Origin: Octopus vulgaris
Taxonomy: Eukaryota
Direction of reading: 5' to 3'
DNA: 64,000 nt
NCBI GenBank assembly: GCA_951406725.2
Contig: OX597825.1
Location: forward strand, 36,580,001-36,644,000
Shown here: one piece after another, positions 62,720 through 64,000 of the stretch
Layout: every line of letters begins with the position of its first letter
How positions within the stretch are numbered: the stretch's first letter is position 1
Translations under genes and position numbers: made by a program
The notes under the pieces: generated by a model
What the model saw: only the letters and a program-made list of their open reading frames with translations
Told to the model about the DNA's origin: nothing
Database searches by the model: none

Positions 62720-63690
62720 TGGTTTATTATGTGTCTGGTGGCCTAATTTTAAATTCTGTCAAGCAGTATTTCTTAAAATGTGGACATGCAGAAAATATTT
62801 CATGCCCTGAATTTATGTAGTTGTTAGAAGATCTCAAGTTCTTGAAGAGATATAGTTTTTCAAGAGAACATACTAAATAGTTTTTGAACTGAATTTTTTT
62901 TGAAAGGGATTTTCCACTTGATGTTGAAATTGATCTCATCATCTTTATGTTTCCAGATGAAAGCTGAAAGGGTCAGTGAATGTTTCCTATTAACGTGCCT
63001 AAAATTCAAAAGATGGTTTTTACATCTGGAGTTAAATTTCCCTTCCAAGGCTCTGATATAATGTTTGGTTTCTTATTTCTTTAATGCCCACAAAGGGCTA
63101 CATACAGAGGGGACAAACAAGGAGAGACAAACGGATTAAGTCGATTATATCAACCCCAGTGCGTAACTGGTACTTATTTAATCGACCCCGAAAGGATGAA
63201 AGGCAAAGTCGACCTCGGCAGAATTTGAACTCAGAAAATAGCAGCAGACGAAATACCTATTTCTTTACTGCCCACAAGGGGTTACACACAGAGGGGACAA
63301 ACAAGGACAGACAAACGGATTAAGTTGATTATATCGACTCCAGTGCGTAACTGGTACTTATTTAATCGACTCTGAAAGGATGAAAGGCAAAGTCAACCTC
63401 GGTGGAATTTGAACTCACAACGTAGAGGCAGACGAAATACCGCTAAGCATTTCGCCCGGCATGCTACGTTTCTGCCAGCCCGCTGGCTTTTATAATGTTT
63501 GGTCTCTGATATAATGTTTGGTTTCAGTATGACTATTGCTGAAACTTCCGTTTCATAAATAACAGAAGATATATCAAACTTCTGCCCTAGATGACATTTA
63601 AATTTGTCTCTACATGTGCATCCAAGGCAGGCTTGAGTTTTCTGTTACTTTTTGATATATGACTTAATATTAGCGGGACAAGGAAAGGGA
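62720..63690 (-). mobile_element. Penelope-like GIY-YIG region remnant interrupted by a SINE
   Basis: EGKFNSRCKNHLLNFRHVNRKHSLTLSAFIWK...INFNIKWKI, C..CSLEK; SVIYETEV upstream; SINE at 63070-63482. Confidence 0.7.
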
Positions 63691-64000
63691 TTGATTAGTT
63701 TAACTAAAAATTCTTCAAGATGGAGCTCTAGCATGGCCACTGTCTAATAATTGAAACAAGTAAAAGGATAAAAGTATGCACTTGAGTCAGCATTTCTAGT
63801 CCTTATGAAAAAATAATCTGATGTATTATACTTTTGTGTGATTACATTGATGACTTTAATTATATATGATTGATTATTAACATTATGGATCACATTGCTT
63901 CATTTTCTCTTCAAGTAACAAAATTAATGTAAGATCCTTTTTAATTCCAATATATTCTCAATTATATGGCTCTTACAGAAACCAGTTTGTTACAGAATAA

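Overview
AT-rich, microsatellite-dense eukaryotic DNA; the SINE families and repeat landscape look like an octopus (cephalopod) genome (inference, not confirmed by search). The only host genes I can support are two tandem, same-strand, intron-containing GH56 hyaluronidase-family genes. Copy A is partial (exons 2-5, 2956-7576; its first coding exon is not found in the window and is presumably upstream). Copy B is complete (5 coding exons, 23043-44462, 438 aa, signal peptide). Both keep the DWE catalytic motif but lack the usual FPDCYN...C disulfide loop. The rest is transposon debris: tRNA-derived SINEs, R4/Dong-like, RTE, CRE and CR1-like LINEs, Penelope-like elements, a deleted Gypsy element, Tc1/mariner and pogo/Tigger elements, MITEs, a complete non-autonomous Helitron and a Helentron-like element. 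The most unusual signal is a set of small structured elements, mostly embedded in (TA)n, that carry minimal type-I hammerhead ribozyme folds. Two unrelated ones share a non-canonical, covaried U3-A8 core (TTGAAAA instead of CTGANGA). Most ORFs in the supplied track are microsatellite translations. All coordinates were read by hand, and repeat boundaries are approximate.
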